DNA of 38,651 bases from Candidatus Aminicenantales bacterium (GTDB taxonomy: Bacteria > Acidobacteriota > Aminicenantia > Aminicenantales > Saccharicenantaceae), in the NCBI GenBank assembly GCA_049512315.1, contig JBEKXF010000022.1, positions 62,001 to 100,651 on the forward strand, in the 5' to 3' direction. The stretch's first letter is position 1. Each line of letters opens with the position of its first letter. Below are positions 34,852-38,651 of the stretch, piece by piece. A program made the position numbers and the translations under genes. Under the pieces are notes generated by a model, which was not told the DNA's origin, made no database searches, and saw only the letters and a program-made list of their open reading frames with translations.

Positions 34852-35607
34852 ATGGACATTCGGTTCAAGACGACTTTTCTCGCCCTCTGGGAGAAATATT
34901 TCCCCCAGGTCGAGCTCCCGGTCGCGTTTTACTACACGGACGAAGAGACGGCGGGCCGGCGCGTTTCCGCCGATTCGTCCAACCGATGTTTGGTCGCGAA
35001 CCTGATCAGAGTCCGGAAAGGAGAAGCGCTCCGCTTCGACGGGGATTCCGTCGGCTGCCCGGGCGGGAAGAGGTACGTCGGGTTCTCGGACACGATCCGG
35101 CCCGGGTTCGAATATTTCTTGTCCTGCGGGATCCCCGGCAAGATGGCGGGCGAGCGCTATAAAAAATCGCCCGAGCTCGTCCGCGAGGTCATGGCCAGGA
35201 CGCCCGCCTTCAAGGCCCCGGCGAGATTCATCGTCTTCAAGCGCTGGGACCTCCTCGAGGAACCCGACGACCCGGACGCGGTCATCTTCTTCGCCCGGGC
35301 CGACGTCCTCTCCGGCCTGTTCACCCTGGCGAGCTTCGACGAGGCGGAAACGAGCGGGGTCATCGCCCCGTTCTCGGCCGGCTGCGGCTCGGTTGTTGAA
35401 TACCCTTACCTCGAGAAAGCCTCGAAGGCGCCCCGCTGCGTCATCGGGATGTTCGACCCCTCCGCTCGCCCCTACGTCGAACCGGACCGCCTGTCTTTCG
35501 CCGCCCCGATGGAGAAGTTCGTCCGGATGGTCTGGAACATGGACGAAAGCTTCCTCGCGACACCGACCTGGAGCAAGATCCGCGACCGGATCGCTCGGGC
35601 GAAATAG
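34852..35607 (+). CDS. DUF169 family protein
   Basis: ATG 34852 after GGAGG; ELPVAFYY, GCPGGKRYVGF, LSCGIPG..GERYKKSPE, DVLSGLFTLA, PFSAGC, GMFDPSARP. Confidence 0.8.
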   Translation: MDIRFKTTFLALWEKYFPQVELPVAFYYTDEETAGRRVSADSSNRCLVANLIRVRKGEALRFDGDSVGCPGGKRYVGFSDTIRPGFEYFLSCGIPGKMAGERYKKSPELVREVMARTPAFKAPARFIVFKRWDLLEEPDDPDAVIFFARADVLSGLFTLASFDEAETSGVIAPFSAGCGSVVEYPYLEKASKAPRCVIGMFDPSARPYVEPDRLSFAAPMEKFVRMVWNMDESFLATPTWSKIRDRIARAK

Positions 35608-35636
35608 CCGCCCGAAACCCTCCGGCCGGGGCCGTC

Positions 35637-35665
35637 TTGCCTCCCGGCCGGGCGCGTGGTACAAT
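35637..35665 (+). promoter_or_regulatory. sigma70 promoter of the DUF6599-DUF362 operon (leaderless)
   Basis: TTGCCT (35637-35642), 17 bp, TACAAT (35660-35665) with an extended TGn; 7 nt separate it from the ATG. Confidence 0.7.
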
Positions 35666-35672
35666 CGCTTCA

Positions 35673-36593
35673 ATGAAACGGGCGTCCGTCCTCGTCGCGC
35701 TCGCGATCGTTGTCGCTGGAGGTGCCGGCTTGATGACCGCGCAGAGCCGCCCGGCCGCCGGGCGCATGGCCTCGTTCATCCCCAAAACGATCGGCCCCTG
35801 GCTCTCGGAGGCGGACCACGTCTATGACGCCGAGACGATCTTCCAGTACGTCGACGGCGCCGGCGAGGTCTACCGTTCCTACAACATGAAGCTCCTCGTC
35901 TCCCGCCGCTTCCACAAGGACGGCCGCCCCGACATCGTCGTCGACCTCTTCGACATGGGCTCGTCCGGGGACGCCTTCGGCGTTTTCACTCACGACCTTG
36001 ACGGGGAGGCCACCGGCGTCGGCCAGGGATCCATCTACAAGGCGGGGCTCCTGTCCTTCTGGAAAGACCGCTATTTCGGCTCCGTGTCCACCGAAGAAGA
36101 GAACCAAGACACCAAAGCCGCCGTCCTCGAGCTAGGACGCCTGATCGCCTCGGCCATCCCGAAGGAAGGGCCGAAGCCGAAGCTGCTGTCCTATCTCCCG
36201 GCCGACGGCCTCGATGCCGGCCGCGTCTCCTATTTCCACAATCATTCCGTCCTCAACTACCATTTCTTCGTCGCCGACGGCGACATCCTCCTCCTCGAGC
36301 AGACGGCCTCGGCAGTCCTGGCTCCGTACACCACGGCCGGAGGCAAGAGCTTCCTGCTCGTCGTCGGCTACCCGGACGAAGCCAAAGCCGCCCGGGCCTA
36401 TGAGTCCTTCGCCAAGAACTATATGCCGGACGCCAAGAGAGCGGGAATCGTCCGGACCGAGGACAAGAAATATACTGCTTCCGCGCGGGCCGGAGATATC
36501 GTCATCGTCGTGTTCAACGCGGATTCGGACCAGTTCGCCATGAACCAGCTAACCTCGGTTCAAGAGCTGATCGAGGCCGCGAACAAAAAATAG
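35673..36593 (+). CDS. exported DUF6599-like protein
   Basis: Signal peptide MKRASVLVALAIVVAGGAG; YDAETIFQYVDGAGEVYRSY and DLFDMGS..DAFGVF motifs. Confidence 0.7.
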   Translation: MKRASVLVALAIVVAGGAGLMTAQSRPAAGRMASFIPKTIGPWLSEADHVYDAETIFQYVDGAGEVYRSYNMKLLVSRRFHKDGRPDIVVDLFDMGSSGDAFGVFTHDLDGEATGVGQGSIYKAGLLSFWKDRYFGSVSTEEENQDTKAAVLELGRLIASAIPKEGPKPKLLSYLPADGLDAGRVSYFHNHSVLNYHFFVADGDILLLEQTASAVLAPYTTAGGKSFLLVVGYPDEAKAARAYESFAKNYMPDAKRAGIVRTEDKKYTASARAGDIVIVVFNADSDQFAMNQLTSVQELIEAANKK

Positions 36594-36659
36594 GACGGCC
36601 CGGACCGGCCATTCGGCGGCCGGGCCGCCGGGCATCCCCGACAAGGAGGACTTTGAATC

Positions 36660-37553
36660 ATGAGCCGGAACATGATCACCCGCAGGGATTTCCTGAAGGT
36701 CGCTTCGGTCGCCCCCCTGGCCGGGACTCTCCTACCGGCGCTCAAGGCCGGGACGGCGGGGGCCGGAGAGAAGGTCAAGGTCGTCCTCGTCCGGGACCCG
36801 AACGCGCTCGACGCTTCGGGAGCGCCCGACGCCGAGGTCATCCAGCGGATGCTGGACGAGGCGGTCCGCACCCTTTTCGGCGAAAAAGACACGGTCAAGG
36901 CTTGGAAAAAGATCATCAAACCGTCCGATGTCGTCGGCATCAAGACCAACGTCTGGAACCAGCTGCCCACGACGTCCCAGGTGGAGCAGGCCATCAAGCG
37001 CCGGGTGATGGACGCCGGCGTCCCGGAAGACAAGGTTTCCATCGACGACCGGGGCGTGCTCAGGAACCCGATCTTCCAAAATGCGACGGCCCTGATCAAC
37101 GCCCGGCCGGCCCGGGTGCACCAATGGGCGGGCATGGGGAGCTGTCTTAAGAACTATATCCAGTTCGTGCCCAAGCCCCCCGACTACCACGCCGACTCGT
37201 GCGCGGACCTGGCCAAGATCTGGCTCCTGCCGAACATCAAGGGGAAGACCAGGCTCAATATCCTGGTCATGCTCACCCCTCTTTTCTATGTACCCGGCAG
37301 CAAGACACAATACGATAAACAGTATGTTTGGCCCTACAAGGGGCTGATCGTCAGTCCGGACCCCGTGGCGGCGGACGCCACCGGACTCCGCGTGATCATG
37401 GCCAAGGGACGCGAAGTTTTCGGCCAGGACCAGCCCCCGCGGATGTCGCCTCACCACATCCAACTGGCCGACACGAGGCATCACCTCGGTGTGAGCGACC
37501 CGGCCCGGATCGAGCTCGTCAAGCTCGGCTGGGAAGAGGGGATCCTGATCTAG
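36660..37553 (+). CDS. Tat-exported DUF362 family protein
   Basis: AGGAGG RBS; twin-arginine TRRDFLK; DVVGIKTN, LKNY, SPDPVAAD, HIQLA...LG motifs. Confidence 0.85.
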   Translation: MSRNMITRRDFLKVASVAPLAGTLLPALKAGTAGAGEKVKVVLVRDPNALDASGAPDAEVIQRMLDEAVRTLFGEKDTVKAWKKIIKPSDVVGIKTNVWNQLPTTSQVEQAIKRRVMDAGVPEDKVSIDDRGVLRNPIFQNATALINARPARVHQWAGMGSCLKNYIQFVPKPPDYHADSCADLAKIWLLPNIKGKTRLNILVMLTPLFYVPGSKTQYDKQYVWPYKGLIVSPDPVAADATGLRVIMAKGREVFGQDQPPRMSPHHIQLADTRHHLGVSDPARIELVKLGWEEGILI

Positions 37554-37931
37554 ATGCCGATCTACGAATATCGCTGTTCAGATTGCGGCAAAAAGACGCA
37601 GGTCCTGACCCTGTCCGTCAAGTCGGCCGTGGAGCCGAAGTGTAGGCACTGCGGCGGCCTGAACCTCCGCAAGCTCGTTTCCCGGGTCGCCGTCCTGCGG
37701 TCCGAGGAAAGCCGCCTCGAGAGTTTGGCCGACCCCTCTTCGCTCTCCGGCCTGGACGAAAACGATCCCAAGAGCGTGGCCCGCTGGATGAAGAAAATGG
37801 GAAAAGAGATGGGCGAGGAGACGGGCGAGGATTTCGACCAAGAGGTCGAAAAAGCTATGGAAGAGACCGAAGGAGGAGGGGGGGAAGGCGCTGCCGGCGG
37901 GGGAGCGGGAGGCGATGACGATGTCTATTGA
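37554..37931 (+). CDS. FmdB family zinc-ribbon protein with acidic C-terminal extension
   Basis: MPIYEYRCSDCG...CRHCGG; DENDPKSVARWMKKMG. Confidence 0.9.
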   Translation: MPIYEYRCSDCGKKTQVLTLSVKSAVEPKCRHCGGLNLRKLVSRVAVLRSEESRLESLADPSSLSGLDENDPKSVARWMKKMGKEMGEETGEDFDQEVEKAMEETEGGGGEGAAGGGAGGDDDVY

Positions 37932-37961
37932 AAGGCTCGCCGCGGGCGAAGGAGGCGGAAG

Positions 37962-38651
37962 ATGACAGGGCTCACGGGCATCTTTTTATTCATCGGGGGG
38001 GGCGTCTTCGGTGCCGCGGTCGTCCTCATCATCCAGCTCGTGAAGAGGAAGGAGGCGAAAGAGATCGCCCGTGAGCTTGTCAGCGAGACGGAGAACGAGA
38101 AGGTCAAGGACCTCGAGGTCATCCTCGGCCGGGTCAAGGATTCCTTTGGCGCGCTATCCCGGGACGTGCTCAACGCGAACACGGGAGAGCTTCTCAAACT
38201 GGCCCGGGAACAGTTGACCAGCCAGGTCCAGTCCGGCGAGAAGGACCTGGAAGGCAAGAAAAAGCTTATCGACCAGAGCCTCGAATCCATGCGGGGGGAC
38301 CTCCAGAAAATGCAGGACCTCGTCGCCAGTTTCGAGAAGGACCGGGTCCAGAAGTACGGCGAGCTCTCCGCCCACCTGAAGACCGCCGCCGAGCAGACGG
38401 CCAAGCTCCAGGACACGGCGAACCATCTGCGCCAGGCTCTGGTCAGCACCAAGGCCCGGGGCCTGTGGGGGGAGCGGATGGCCGAAGACGTCCTCCAGCT
38501 GGCCGGGTTCGTCGAGGGCGTCAACTACTTCAAACAGAAGGCCCTCGAGGGGGCGGGGTCACGGCCCGACTACACCTTCCAGCTTCCCCAGGGACGGAAG
38601 GTCAACATGGACGTCAAGTTCCCCATGAACAGCTACCTCCGCTACCTTGAG
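37962..38651 (+). CDS. rmuC: DNA recombination protein RmuC (5' part; runs off the window)
   Basis: Not in the ORF track. ATG 37962 after AGGAGG; N-terminal TM, coiled coil, KARGLWGE, RPDYTFQLP, DVKFP. Confidence 0.92.
   Translation, partial: MTGLTGIFLFIGGGVFGAAVVLIIQLVKRKEAKEIARELVSETENEKVKDLEVILGRVKDSFGALSRDVLNANTGELLKLAREQLTSQVQSGEKDLEGKKKLIDQSLESMRGDLQKMQDLVASFEKDRVQKYGELSAHLKTAAEQTAKLQDTANHLRQALVSTKARGLWGERMAEDVLQLAGFVEGVNYFKQKALEGAGSRPDYTFQLPQGRKVNMDVKFPMNSYLRYLE

Noticed and set aside
32167..35673. 1168-aa minus-strand ORF, plus similar long antisense ORFs (10149-11972, 22772-24325, 30239-32005, 2962-4332)
   Set aside because: These are shadow ORFs opposite well-supported genes. High GC3 codon bias removes stops on the antisense strand, and the translations have no recognisable motifs.
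1..38651. CRISPR arrays, tRNA/rRNA genes, IS elements, prophage or defence genes
   Set aside because: I saw no spaced repeats, cloverleaf or rRNA signatures, or transposase or integrase ORFs. Intergenic gaps are short and mostly explained by promoters.

Overview
GC-rich bacterial chromosomal window from a diderm, probably anaerobic, fermentative organism. Gene content resembles Ca. Aminicenantes/Acidobacteriota, but that is inference only. I found no rRNA, tRNA, CRISPR array or mobile element. In order, the window contains: a partial exported RraA-like gene; an ABC-2 exporter behind an ECF-type promoter; a TetR-HlyD-ABC-TolC-ABC-permease-permease efflux operon (YbhGFSR-like); BON-LysM, DUF4126 and a GT-C glycosyltransferase; a lipoprotein GH5 beta-mannosidase/mannanase; an orphan CapA-family metalloenzyme converging on an operon of M20 amidohydrolase, two-Cys racemase and Ddl-like ATP-grasp ligase; yebC-ruvC-ruvA-ruvB-queA; DUF2892-copA plus a 33-aa membrane peptide; an outer-membrane beta-barrel gene broken by two homopolymer frameshifts; a probable PPi-dependent PFK; folD and an AIR-synthase-like gene; an Rrf2 regulator; iorA-iorB, a beta-alpha fused ADP-forming acyl-CoA synthetase and DUF169; and DUF6599-DUF362-FmdB-rmuC (partial). 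The best candidate for an undescribed system is the CapA/ATP-grasp/racemase/M20 cluster, a possible D-amino-acid peptide make-and-break module. Other notable signals are leaderless genes, a shared Rrf2-like box at the rrf2 and copA promoters, and a possibly phase-variable OMP. All family calls come from motif recognition by eye; no database searches were run.
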